Shown here piece by piece: positions 24,560-36,768 of a DNA stretch of 64,000 bases. Origin of the DNA: Octopus sinensis (Eukaryota); the NCBI RefSeq assembly GCF_006345805.1, contig NC_043002.1:78554001-78618000 (forward strand). The letters run 5' to 3'. A model generated the notes under the pieces. It ran no database searches. It saw only the letters and a program-made list of their open reading frames with translations, and had not been told where the DNA came from. The number at the start of each line of letters is the position of its first letter. Positions within the stretch are counted from its first letter, which is position 1. A program made the position numbers and the translations under genes.

Positions 24560-25760
24560 TGTCTTTTGATAGTTTTGTTTAGTTTATGTTGTGCAATGGA
24601 GAGGAGTTGTGCTCATAGCCTTTGTCAACCTTTCCAGGTTGAAGGTGTTAATGTGAATGATGTTTAGTTTGAAGCTATGCTGACTGGTGCATACAAGGAA
24701 AATGTAAACAGAAAAGAGAGTTCCAGAAAATTACAACTACAGGGATGAAGAATCAGCTAAGTGTTGAGATGGTAATTATGGGAGAATATGAAACAGGAGC
24801 ATTGAAAAGGATTTTACATGGTTGGTATACAGCTTGCTAGTTCAGGAGAGCAAAACCATTGCAATAACCATAGAAGAAATGAAGAGAGAACATCTGCAGA
24901 TCGCTATGTAACATACTGGTGAGAGAAAGTTTGATAATTAAACAGAGACAAGTAAGGTGGACTTGGTCAGAGCACAGTTGTTACCTATTGTTGATACTAT
25001 TTAAGGTTATTCTGTCTGGATGTATGCTACGACAATAACTGCAGAAGAACAGTGGCTGTCTTTCTCCTTGCTTGCTCTGAGAATGGAGCCACTGATGTGT
25101 AATTTCCACGAAAGATTACCGGAGGTTTATGATTGTAGCCTTAATTGTATGAGGAATGTAGAACATCTCCAGGAGGATCATTTCAGTTACCCACTTAGAA
25201 GTCTTTTATGGTTTAAGAGTGTAGCAAATTTTTTGTCATGAGTAATCAGCATAGAATTAGTAAAGTTTTGATCAATTTGTTGACCTGAAGTGTGAGAGGG
25301 TTTAATATAAGGAGTTGTTTTGCACTAGGATTATGCGAGGTGGATTGATTTGGTGAGGCAATGATTAGATGATCTGATTTAGAAAGAGACTGTGATAGAA
25401 GGATAAAAACTGGGGCTGGAGGTGAGAAAGAGTTTAAGAATATTTGGAGAGTTTATACATGTAAGTGAGAAGACAATGTGTATAGGCTGTCCAAAGTGGC
25501 AAATGTCAAAGAATTTGTAGCAGGAATGTTATTCTGGGTTGAGTTGAAGATCCCCAAAAAGCTGAGCATATGTAGATTACTGAGCATTATGGCTTTAAGT
25601 AGAAGTGAGGTGAGCTAGATAACGTCAGGGTAAAACAAAAAGTAGCTGGATAAGTGCTGGAGGTTGGAAGAATTTGGAGAATGGTAAAGCTAGTAAATGA
25701 GAGTTAAGGAATGAAGAAGAGGGACTTTGTTGAGTAGAATTCAATACTCAAAAACTTAAT
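24560..25760 (-). mobile_element. Highly decayed LINE relic, CR1/L2-like (tentative)
   Basis: Purine-biased plus strand. The minus strand gives SGNLSWKLHISG near 25070-25110, resembling the DxxLSWxxHI motif. Boundaries are vague. Confidence 0.3.
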
Positions 25761-26651
25761 AAATCTATAAACTATCTAAATGTTCAGATTAGAGATATTT
25801 ACTTAATGTTACCACTTTGACAAGTATCTGCTGAAACAATGGAAAATCATGCCATGGATCATTAATTTTATTTTTACCAGGAACAATCATTCTCCCTATT
25901 CCTTGTTTCACGTTTAATCAATGAAGAGACATTCATGATCACACAGTATTTTATTGTAATACTTCTGTTTCCAAGTTCATTTCCACTTAACTGAATTGTT
26001 CTATGCTTAACTATTTATCAGAAATATGCACAATCTCTCTATTCAGCTTTAACCAACAACAGATACTCTCATTCTTACTCTAGATAACAATACATTTTCA
26101 GTTCTCTAAATTTCCATATTTATTTTCACATAGTTACTCATTACTCAGTAATATTTTACCTATTCTCTATGTTCTTTACCTTATATATTCTATTCAGTGT
26201 TTCACTTATATTTCAAACAATTATGTAGAAATAACAAACCTCTAACAATATTAATATGAAATATAGCACTTACAAATTTGTAAACACAGGATATGATACT
26301 GGAAACTCCACATATATTTTGAGGATATTTTAGTAATTGGTTGAGATTTTGTTATTTGATTATTGTTTAGCATCAGTTAAGTATGAAGTTTTAATATAGT
26401 ATCATTAATGGACTATATGATATTCTATATATTTCATTCTGCTGCTGTAATGAATGCTCTATTTTTGTTCATGTAAATATCTGTTAAACTGAAAGCCAGG
26501 AAAAGATTATGAGGGTGTTATGGTTCAGGGTTGAAACACCTGATGATTGTTGGATACTGTTTGATAACATCAATTCCTCCTAGCCAAAGGTACATACACT
26601 TTGGTGAGTAGAAAAGAAGCACTTTCTTCTAGGTGTTATTAATAACGTATG

Positions 26652-26970
26652 GGAAGGTGCATGGCCTAGTGCAACACCCTAACCCTAGCGATTAGGGTGT
26701 TGCACTCACGATTGTGAGATTGCGATTTCAATTCCTAGACTGGGTGGTGCATTGTGTTCTTGAGTAAAACACTTCATCTCATGTTGCTCTGCAATCACTT
26801 CTACACCTGATGTGTGGTACACAGTGCACTTTTTCAGACAATGTCGATTTGATGGAGGAGAGTGAGCTAATGTGTGGTACGAAACATTGATCACTATAAA
26901 CAAATCATTTGTGCAGGTCGTTCAGCAAAAGCTGAATGCTCATATACCATCTTCGATGGGAGAGTCCATC
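26652..26970 (+). mobile_element. Family G SINE with an inverted duplication in the head
   Basis: ggaaggtgcatggcctagt head, gatttcaattcc B-box, ttgtgttcttgagtaaaacact core. Confidence 0.7.
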
Positions 26971-27527
26971 ATATATACGTATGTAGTGTATGGTTAAGCA
27001 GTTACTTGATGTAGAAATAGCGATTCATGTTCTGTGTTGGGGTCACTATGTGTAGATGGTCAAAAGTAGGATGAGACAATATGATAACAACATCAGAGAG
27101 GAAAGAATAATATTCACAGATTTTATTTGCCAGCAATGGCACAAACATAGCAGTAGTAGTAAGTGGCAATGATAACAATGTGTGCTGTTTGTATTCTCTT
27201 AGTGTGTGCTGGAAGCTGTGTATGGAAGCCAAGTTAATGGGCTGCTTACAGAGAGGAAGAAAGGGCAAGAATTGTGTTGTCTCTTTCCATTTGGTCATGG
27301 TGCTCTTGGTTAGCTGGCTGAAAACTGAAGATAGTGAGACAGGGAGAGAGAGAGATTGATCTTTTCACAACCACTGAAAGTCTCAGAGGTCGGGTATTTC
27401 TCATTAATCGTCTTGCATAGAGATAAACACAAAGGATCAAACATTCTTCTGACAAGCAACAACTGTGTGAATTCAGTTTTGAATCTCAGCCAAGTAGAGG
27501 AAAACGATCTCATAAATAGATAAAAAA

Positions 27528-27870
27528 GGATGAAGACCCCCTTCAGTCATGAATAACAATAGGACTGCACCTAGAAAGTTCTCCTCCTAAGCACAAGTCT
27601 GGGCAACGTCGTTTTTATGGAAGACCAGCAGTTGCCCATGCATACTATCTGCCCCTCTCCACACCACCGATGTTATCCAAGGGAAAGGCAAAGGCCAATG
27701 CAGCTTGGCACCAGTGACATCGCGACTCATTTCTACATCTGAGTCAACTGGAGCAATGTAAAATAAAGTGTGTTGCTCAAGAACACAACATACAACCTAA
27801 TCTGGGAATTGAACTCACTACTTCATGATTGCAAGTCCAATGCTTTAATCACTGAGCCATGCACCTTCAC
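27528..27870 (-). mobile_element. Family G-related SINE with a different tail
   Basis: Reverse complement: gtgaaggtgcatggctcagtgattaaag...gagttcaattccc...tgtgttcttgagcaacacactttatttt. Clear A and B boxes. Confidence 0.75.
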
Positions 27871-27918
27871 AAAATATATATATCATCATCATCATTGTTT
27901 AACATCCATCTTCCATTC

Positions 27919-28151
27919 TTATTTCTTTATTGCCCACAAGGGGCTAAACATAGAGGGGACAAACAAGGACAGACAAAGGGATTAAGTTGATTACATCGAC
28001 CCCAGTGTGTAACTAGTACTTAATTTATTGACCCTGAAAGGATGAAAGGCAAAGTCGACCTCGATGGAATTTGAACTCAGAATGTGACAGCAGACGAAAT
28101 ACCACTACGCATTTCACCCGGCATGCTAACATTTCTGCCAGCTCACCGCCT
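27919..28151 (-). mobile_element. Family C SINE, full length, tail type 1
   Basis: tatttctttattgcccacaaggggctaaac tail through ctgccagctcaccgcctt head. Confidence 0.85.
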
Positions 28152-28254
28152 TCCATTCTGGTATAGGTTAGATGGTTTGACAAGAGCTGTCCAGACAGAA
28201 CACTGCATCAGACTTCTGTGTCTGTCTATTTTGGAAGGGTTTTTACATTGCATT

Positions 28255-28789
28255 GCTGATTGCAGCCCTCCCGTGAAATCTGGCTTTGTGCAGCTCCCGG
28301 TGAACAGTTTTTGCGGAAACTGGGTTCTTGAGGTGGTCATTAAGCTCTGCAATAATTTTGGGAGCTGTACTTTGGTGATTCTTTCTAACAATTCGCTTAA
28401 GAATCTAATGGTCCCTATCTGAAAGTTTTGGTTTTCTTCCAGAGTTTTGTTTTGATGAGGAGGTTTTTCCTCTTTCTCAAAGGATGCCATTACTTTTGAG
28501 ACAGTACTTCTTGATACATCAAATATTTTGGCTGTTTTCGTTACGCTAGCGCCTGCCATATGAGCACCAACATTTTGACCTCTTTGAAAGTCTGATAGAT
28601 CTGTCATTTGAATGAATTTTAATTACCTTTTTCTAATGATATCTGAAACGAAACAGCAATTTTAGAAAAAACATATGCAACACTAATAATAAATCAAAAA
28701 ACATAAAAATAAACAAGCTTTTGATGGTTTTATAGATATTTCAAAATTATGATGGTATGATGCTAGGTGTTTCCATTATCTTGACCAAC

Positions 28790-28793
<4 letters not shown>
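28255..28793 (-). mobile_element. Tc1-like transposon 5' fragment
   Basis: MTDLSDFQRGQNVGAHMAGASVTKTAKIFDVSRSTVSKVM (paired-like HTH N-terminus) from 28607, frameshifted, ending LHKARFHGRAAI. Terminal AGGGGTTGGTCAAGATAATGGAAACACC abuts the (TA)n at 28793. Confidence 0.88.
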
Positions 28794-28840
<47 letters not shown>

Positions 28841-28872
28841 TATATATATCTATATATTTTCTTTTTCTTTTT

Positions 28873-29077
28873 CTTTTCTACTCTAGGCACAAGGCCTGAA
28901 ATTTTGGGGAGGGAACCAGTCAATTAGATTGACTCCAATACGTAACTGGTAAATAATTGGACCCGAAAGGATGAAAGGCAAAGTTGACCTCAGCGGAATT
29001 TGAACTCAGAATGTAAAGACAGATGAAATTGTGCCAAGTATTTCACCCAGCATGCTAACGTTTCTGCCAGCTCGCCT
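28873..29077 (-). mobile_element. Family C SINE, full length, tail type 2
   Basis: Tail ttttctactctaggcacaaggcctgaaattttgggg joined to the same core and head as 27919. Confidence 0.82.
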
Positions 29078-29097
29078 TATATATATATATATATATA

Positions 29098-29455
29098 TAT
29101 CATCATCATCATCATCATCATCATTAACACCCGTTTTCCATACTGGCATGGGTTGGACAGTTTGACTGGGGACTGGCAAGCCAGAAGGCCACACTAGGCT
29201 CCAATCTGATCTGGCAATGTTTCTATAGCAGGATGCCCTTCCTAATGCCAACCACTTTGAGAGTGCAGTGGGTGCTTTTTACATGCCACTGGCATGGGAG
29301 TCAGTCAGTCGACACTGGCATTGACCACGTTCAGATGGTGCTTTTTATGTGCTACTGGCACAAGAGCCAGTTGGGGTGGCGGGGCTGGCATCAACCACAT
29401 TTACATGGTGCTTTTTACGTGTCACCAGCACGAGGAGCCAGTCAGGCAGCACTGA
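29098..29455 (-). mobile_element. Family A RTE-3'UTR repeat
   Basis: (cat)n tail, terminal block and three modules on the minus strand. Confidence 0.85.
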
Positions 29456-29613
29456 GTCTCCCCATTAGTTAAATGTTTCCTTGTTATTTTTGAGCTTACT
29501 TTAAAATAATAACCTTAATTAAGCATACATACATATATACATATTCTTTTATTTGTTTCAGTCATTTGACTGCGGCCATGCTGGAGCACTGCCTTTTTAT
29601 ATATATATATATA

Positions 29614-30269
29614 ATTTGATGTTAACACCCTTTACAGTAATGTATCAAGCCCACCCTGTGACACATTTGAATAGTTGGGCTCTGACTTGATAAATCCTGA
29701 TTTCGTTTCAGACAAATCCTAGATTTGTTGTTGATGAAACATGTCCTTTGTCTATCTACTTATCCTCTTTGTGATTTTGGTTAATAGAATAACTATACAA
29801 ATGAATCCTTTGAATTTAACTAAATTCTATATTTTTATGCAGCTGAAGATTGCTCTACATTTTAAAACTGATGTAATATTTGCATTGTTCAATTAAAAGG
29901 AGTCACATGAAACGATCGTACTGCATTACCTCTGAATATCCTTGTTGCTTATTTTGATTGTAATCATCCCATTTTGAATTATATGGATAATACCATACTA
30001 AATTCTGGTGCCTTTAACTCTAGTACCATATTCAACTGAATCTATATATATATATATTTATATATATGTGCATGCACTTATAGACATAGATGCATACATA
30101 TAGGTGCAGGAGTGGCTGTGTGATAAGAAGCTTGCTTCCCAACCACATGGTTCTGGGATCAGTCCCACTGCGTGGTACCTTGGGCAAGTGTCTTCTACAA
30201 TAACCTCGGGTCGGCCAAAGCCTTGTGAGTGGATTTGGAAGATGGAAACTGAAAGAAACCCGTCGTATA

Positions 30270-30316
<47 letters not shown>

Positions 30317-30344
30317 ATATATCTATCTATCTATCTATCTATAT

Positions 30345-30375
<31 letters not shown>

Positions 30376-30899
30376 GTATGTATGTGTGTATATATGTACA
30401 TGTTTGTGTGTCTGTGTTTGTCCCCTCCTCCATCGTTTGACAAGTGATGTTGGTGTGTTTACGTTCCCGTAACTTAGTGGTTCGGCAAAAGAGATCGATA
30501 GAATAAGTACTAGACTTACGAAGAATAAGTCCTGGGGTAGATTTCTTCGACTAAAGGCAGTGCTTCAGCATGGCCGCAGTCAAATGACTGTACCAAATAA
30601 AAGAAAAGAATATATGTGCGTGTGTGTATATGCGTGCGCGTGCGCAAGACCATAAGGCAATTAAATTTACACTGATATAGTCACGTTTTTAACGTTAGAC
30701 CACAGAAACAATGATATTTTATGGTAGGATGTAAGAATGTTTCAGGGCACTAATTCGTGTAAAAGTTGCAGAACTTAAGATTAATGTTTCTAGGGTTTGT
30801 CTGAAACGAAATCAGGATTTATCAAGTCAGAGTTCAACTATTCAAATGTGCCGCAGGGTGGGCTTGAATACATTACTGTAAAGGGTGTTAACATCAAAT
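29614..30899. mobile_element. Non-autonomous DNA element with ~110-bp TIRs, interrupted by a SINE
   Basis: 29614-29723 is the reverse complement of 30789-30899 with 5 substitutions and 1 indel. Family B SINE inside at 30102-30610. TSD unresolved. Confidence 0.8.
30102..30610 (+). mobile_element. Family B SINE, full length
   Basis: aggtgcaggagtggctgtgtg A-box region, ccttgggcaagtgtcttc CORE-like block, internal (CTAT)n(TA)n(TG)n, tail aataaaagaaaag. Confidence 0.88.
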
Positions 30900-31859
30900 A
30901 TACAAAAGAGAATTAATTGGAAGGGAGGGATTATTAGAGCCAGTTGAAAGTATCAGATACTCTGGTAGTCACTTTGAGCATCATGTAATGTGTTAGGATG
31001 GCGGCGTTGGGGGCACGTCATGCGTTTAGGATGTTGCAGATAAAAAGGGGAGGAGCGCCAGTAACCCCAGGACCTCTGGTCCAGGTTATTTTCGTCGGAC
31101 TTGTTGCGTATATATCGATATATACGTGGGTGTGTCTACTAATATGCTTTTGTGTTTGTGTATATAAACATGTGCATGCGTATACATGCGTTTACACATA
31201 CATGCATACGTATAAACATATATATGTTTGTGCCCGTAAGTAACTGAACATATTTATACATGTGTATGCGTGTATTTACACATAATATATCTGAGTACTT
31301 GTGGATGTTGTTGAATGAGTGGGTGGGTTTGTGAAGACACGTCACCTTCATTTGTCACCAAAAACTGGTCATTTAACTGAGCCTATTGTCTCCCAATCTT
31401 CATAATTTATTATTTCTGTCATGTCATTTCAGATAATTTCTCCTTCGAACATCCTCCTTAAATTCCGCCTCATAACTGAAACTTCTTCCTAACATGACCA
31501 CCGTGTCATAATTATTACGTATTAGCTTCCTTAATCATAACCCCTCCCATATAAACCAGTTGCTTCATACCCCTCCCTTGAATTAAATGTTATTTAAGTT
31601 CAATGTTAGTTGTTAGATTTTAGAGTTTAAATAAGCCATACACTTGGCGTAACTCGAAGTTACTGTAAAAAAACAATATATATACATATACATATGTATA
31701 AAATAACAAGAAAATGCACTCCAGGTGCCCTAGTATGGCCACAGTCCAACAATTGAAATAAGCAAAAGATAGAAGATAAACACACACACATATATATGCA
31801 GACATCCTTAGATATATATATATATACATACACACGCGCGTAAATCATATCAATTGCTT

Positions 31860-32119
31860 TTAAAGAAATACATTAAACGTTTTTCTTTTTGTTGGTGAAA
31901 TATAATTTTCGGCCTCTTAGATGCCCGTTTAATAGTCGCGACAGTCCCAAGGCATCACATTCTTCGTCCCCGCCGTAGCTTTCAACGTCACTGCCTTCAC
32001 CGACTTCGTTATTGTCGCTCCTGCTGCTACTCTCAAAGAATCGAGTTACCATCCAACTCGAAGTTAAACAGAAGCGAAACTTCTTTTTCGAAAGATTCTC
32101 CACTTGGAGAAGGACCAAG
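31860..32119 (+). promoter_or_regulatory. CpG-rich putative promoter/5' UTR of the A2M-like gene
   Basis: Locally CpG-dense non-repeat sequence directly upstream of ATG 32120, with TATAA at 31901. TSS not determinable. Confidence 0.45.
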
Positions 32120-32181
32120 ATGAAGGACCGAATAGCAATATATCTAGTTTTACTAGCAGGGCTCATTACTGTAGCCAGAAG
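32120..32181 (+). CDS. A2M: Alpha-2-macroglobulin-like gene, exon 1 (signal peptide)
   Basis: MKDRIAIYLVLLAGLITVAR plus AG|GTaatt: basic N-terminus, hydrophobic core. The phase-2 end completes AGT(Ser) with exon 2. Supported by phase and signal-peptide logic, not by homology. Confidence 0.75.
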
Positions 32182-32427
32182 GTAATTATTATACGTTTTT
32201 TTTTTAATCTCTGTTTTTGTGGTGGTACCATAGAATTAATCTCTTCATACATTGAAAAAGAAAAAAAAAAAGCACGTTCAATCACTCACGTACAAACATT
32301 TGTTTTTGGTCACTGTTTATATAAAGTGTGTGTGCGTATGTGTGTGTGTATTCATACACACACATATATCGACCGATTTCTAGCATAGATGCAATCACAA
32401 AGTTTGTATCTATGAATGTGAGTAGTC

Positions 32428-32460
<33 letters not shown>

Positions 32461-32734
32461 ATGGATGATGCGATTATACCACAGTATTTGACTGCTACCT
32501 ATTTTATTGTACTAACCCCAAAGGATGAAACGCAAAGTTGATCTAGATAGGTTTCGAAATCAGAAATAGCCTAATTATATTACAAACATATATCTCGCTT
32601 CTACCCAACTCTCTCAGTCTCTTTGCTTGCTTGCTTGTTTCTTAGTGTGTGTGTTTGTGTACATACATACATACATACATACATACATACAAACAAATAT
32701 ATAACTGTGTATGAATGCATAATATAAATAGGGG

Positions 32735-33621
32735 TTTCAAATTTTGGCACAAGGCCAGCAACATCGGCGTAGGGGGTAAGTCGATTATATCGACTCCAGT
32801 ACTCAACTGGTGCTTATATTATAGATCCCCGAAAGGATGAAAGGCAAAGTCGACCTCGGCGGAATTTGAACTCAGAACGTAGCGGCAGACGAAATACCGC
32901 TAAGTATTCCGCCCAGCATATTAACGTTTCATATTTCTTTATTGCCCACAAGGGGCTAAACATAGAGGGGACAAACAAGGACAGACAAACGGATTAAGTC
33001 GATTACATCGACCCAGTGCGTAACTAGTACTTAATTTATCGACCCCGAAAGGATGAAAGCAAAGTCGACCTCAGCGGAATTTGAACTCAGAACGTAACGG
33101 CAGACGAAATACTTATTTCTTTACTACTCACAAGGGGCTAAACACAGAGGGGACAAACAAGGACAGACAAATGGATTAAGTCGATTATATCGACCTCAGT
33201 GCGTAACTGGTACTTAATTTATCGACCCCGAAAGGATGAAAGACAAAGCCAACCTCGGCGACTTGCATATTATAAATAACCTTTTCTACTCTAGGTACAC
33301 GAAGTTTTGGGGAGGGGGTCAGTCAATTAGATCGACCGCAGTACGATGCTGGTACTTTAGTTATCGACCCCGAAAGGATGAAAGGCAAAGTCGACCTCAG
33401 CGGAATTTGAACTCAGAACGTAAAGACAGACGAAATACCTATTTCTTTACTAACCACAAGGGGCTAAACACAGAGAGGACAAACAAGGACAGACAAACGG
33501 ATTAAGTAGATTATATCGACCCCAGTGCGTAACTAGTACTTATTTAATCGACCCCGAAAGGATGAAAGGCAAAGTCGACCTCGGCGGAATTTGAACTCAG
33601 AACGTAATGGCAGACGAAAAC
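32735..33621 (-). mobile_element. Head-to-tail array of five family C SINE copies
   Basis: Copies at 32735-32930, 32931-33112, 33113-33260, 33281-33438 and 33439-33621, all minus strand, mixed tail types, CpGs retained. Confidence 0.88.
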
Positions 33622-34274
33622 ATTCTATAAATATTATCGTATACATGTTCCTCGGATGTACGAACATTTCTTGTCTGTGTGCATATATTTTTTTAATTGT
33701 TTCAGTCATTTGACTGCGGCCACGCTGGAGCACCGCCTTAAAGGGTTTTTTAGTCGACGAAATCGACTTCAGGACAATTTCTTTGTAAACCTAGTACTTA
33801 TTCTATCGGTCTTTTTTGCCGAACCGCTAAGTTATGGGGGAGGTAACTTAGCGTCGTCAAGCGATGGTGAGGGGACAAATATAGACACAAAGACACACAC
33901 ACACACACACACGTCTTCAGCAAAAGGGTGGGTGCTTGTGCCTGATGAGTTAAACATTTCACATACATCTGCCTGAGAACCATGCTGAGGGTCCACTTGT
34001 CTGTGAGATACTCAACCACTTACATGCTAATTCAATGAATAAGTAGTTAAATCTATCGAACAACTGAACACTCATCGTCGAAGTCGATGGAGATGCATTT
34101 ACGGTGGCACTCCATACAGTGTATCAAGAACCAGGGTTTCTATACAATGGCAATGCAGACCAACACAGCTTCACATTCCAACACGTGTGTTCCCCGTCCA
34201 CCTTTGTTTTCTCATAGTTTCCAGAAAAATTGACATTTTAAAATGAAATTTTCCGCAAACATGCTTCAGATAGC

Positions 34275-34655
34275 ATAGGAGTTGCTGTGTGGTAAGTAGC
34301 TTGCTTACGAACCACATGGTTCTGGGTTCAGTCCCACTGCATGGCACCTTGAGCAAGTGTCTTCTGCTATAGCCTCAGGCCGACCAAAGCCTTGTGAGTG
34401 GATTTGGTAGACGGAAAGTGAAAGAAGCCCATCATATATATGTGTGTGTGTGTATGTTTGTATGTCTGTGTTTGTCCCCCCCAACATCGCTTGACAACCG
34501 ATGCTGTTGTATTTACGTCTCTGTAAGTTAGCGGTTCGGCAAAAGAGACCGATAGAATAAGTACTAGGCTTACAAAAAATAACTCCTGGCGTCGATTTGC
34601 TCGACTAAAGGCAGTACTCCAGCATGGCCACAGTCAAATGACTGAAACAAGTAAA
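34275..34655 (+). mobile_element. Family B SINE
   Basis: Complete bipartite layout. Confidence 0.85.
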
Positions 34656-35634
34656 AAATAGTTAAAAAAAAAAGACATTGTGTAGATTCCAATTATATCG
34701 GAATTTGTTTGGAAATAGGTATCTTTTTGTTGAATTTTTGAAACAAATACTTTCCAGAGTGTATAAATTACGATTATAATGGAATTTGATGTAAAAAGAA
34801 AAATAGTAAGCACATAGACATATATATTGACACACATCACAATATTTTTTTAAATTTCAAGTTTCATTTTGTAAATATACGTGATGTGTGTCTGTATGTG
34901 TACAAGTCCACCAATTTTTTACTTGTATTATTAAATTCCAATATAGTCATAATCTGCACACTTTGAAAGGTATTTATAGTAAAATTTCATTAAAAAATTA
35001 CTCATTTTTTTTTAAAGTTATGAGTAAATAAAATGGTCTCATGTGATTTTTCCAAAACTCCTTATCCCCACCTTTGGAAAAGATTTTAGCCATATATTCT
35101 AGCATAATCGAAATCTACATCATCCGAAGCGTATTTATAGAAAATTTCACCCATTTTTCTGGAAGTTATGAGGAAACAAAGTCAGGAGGAGTACCTATGT
35201 GTAGGAATGCCGACACGGCAGCCTAAGGGACATTAGCCTTATGCTGAGTGCTGGCAAAAGCTTCTCTTTCTCTTGGGACCGATTGTTGTGTTGAACACTG
35301 TATTTATGCTCATGAAACACTCGCCAGTTTTACTATGCTACTGCTTCCAACTGTGATGAAGTATTCCCATCCTGCGACTAAATTGCCCTTCATCAGGCTA
35401 TTTTAGATATGAGAGCCTTAATTAAGAATAAAACTCAGTTTTGATGACAAGATTCGAACCAACGACTCATACATGTTCAACCACTTACCTCATCAATTGT
35501 ACCTACCCGTTTCTATCACAGTATGGAAGTTTAGATACACCCTTATCTTTCTTATTGATCAGATATTTAGTAGATATCTCTTGTTCTTAGACAGTGATGG
35601 CATAATTGCCTAGGTGAGATATGATATTCTTTTA

Positions 35635-35832
35635 TTCATGTCAGTCATTTGACTGTGGCCAGGCTGGAGCATCGCCTTTAGTCGAACAAATCGACCCCAG
35701 CACTTATTCTTTGTAAGCCTAGTACTTATTCTATCAGTTTCTTTTGCTGAACTGTTAAGTTACGGGGACGTAAACACAGCAGCATCGGTTGTCAAGCGTT
35801 GTTGGGGGACAAACACAATACACACACACACA

Positions 35833-35877
<45 letters not shown>

Positions 35878-36052
35878 TTATACATATATATGATGGGCTT
35901 CTTTCAGTTTCCATCTGCCAAATCCACTCACAAGGCTTTGGTCAGCTCGAGGCTATAGTTGAAGACACTTGCCCAAGGTGCCATGCAGTGGGACTGAACC
36001 CGGAACCATGTGGCTGGTAAGCAAGCTACTTACCACACAGCCATTCCTGCAC
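35635..36052 (-). mobile_element. Family B SINE
   Basis: Complete bipartite layout with an internal (CA)n. Confidence 0.85.
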
Positions 36053-36494
36053 CTATCTATCATTGGTCCTGGTGAGGCTGCACCTCTTGTCAACACTATC
36101 ATTTAGCTTGTAGGTTATGTATGTATCCATGTTTGACTTTCATGTATGTTAATCCAGCTTCCCTTGGTTCTTTACAACAGCTGTGCTTATATATGTATCA
36201 TCTTAGCTATTTTTCATTTACTAGTATTCTTAGAGGGAAGGGGCTGGTTTCTGACAAAGAGACAAAAAGCTCCATAATTGTAATTTGGATAACAACAATG
36301 ATAATTGTTAGATACCAAGCTGGTCTTTTTCTGTGCTTGAAAATCTTAACTTTTTCAGATTATTGCTTAGACATTTACTAACATAACCAAGCACACCAAT
36401 GATTATACATATGTAGATATGTATGCATGTTTGTATGTGTGTGTATATGTGTATATGTATGTATGTATGTATGTACATGTGTATCAATGCATGT

Positions 36495-36768
36495 GCTGCC
36501 TGACTGGCGTCCGTGTTGGTGACACGTAAAAAGCACCGACTGATCGTGGCTATTTGCCAGCCTTTTCTGGCCCCTATGCCGGTGGCATGTAAAAAGCACT
36601 CACTACACTCACGGAGTGGTTGGCGTTAGGAAAGGCATCCAGCTGTAGAAACATTGCCAGATCAGACTGGAGCCTGTTTCAACCCCCTGGCTTCCCAGAC
36701 CCCAGTTGAACTGTCCAACCCATGCTAGCATGGAAAACGGACGTTAAATGATGATGATGATGATGATG
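36495..36768 (+). mobile_element. Family A RTE-3'UTR repeat
   Basis: Two modules, terminal block, (gat)n tail. Confidence 0.85.

Noticed and set aside
26692-26697. TTAGGG telomeric hexamer
   Set aside because: Single occurrence inside a SINE head; not an array.
27800-27870. tRNA-like A/B boxes here and at other SINE heads as tRNA genes
   Set aside because: No complete cloverleaf or acceptor stem, and each continues into SINE body sequence.
31873-32166. Minus-strand 97-codon ORF overlapping the A2M start
   Set aside because: No homology or splice support; explained by the higher GC content of the promoter/5' UTR.
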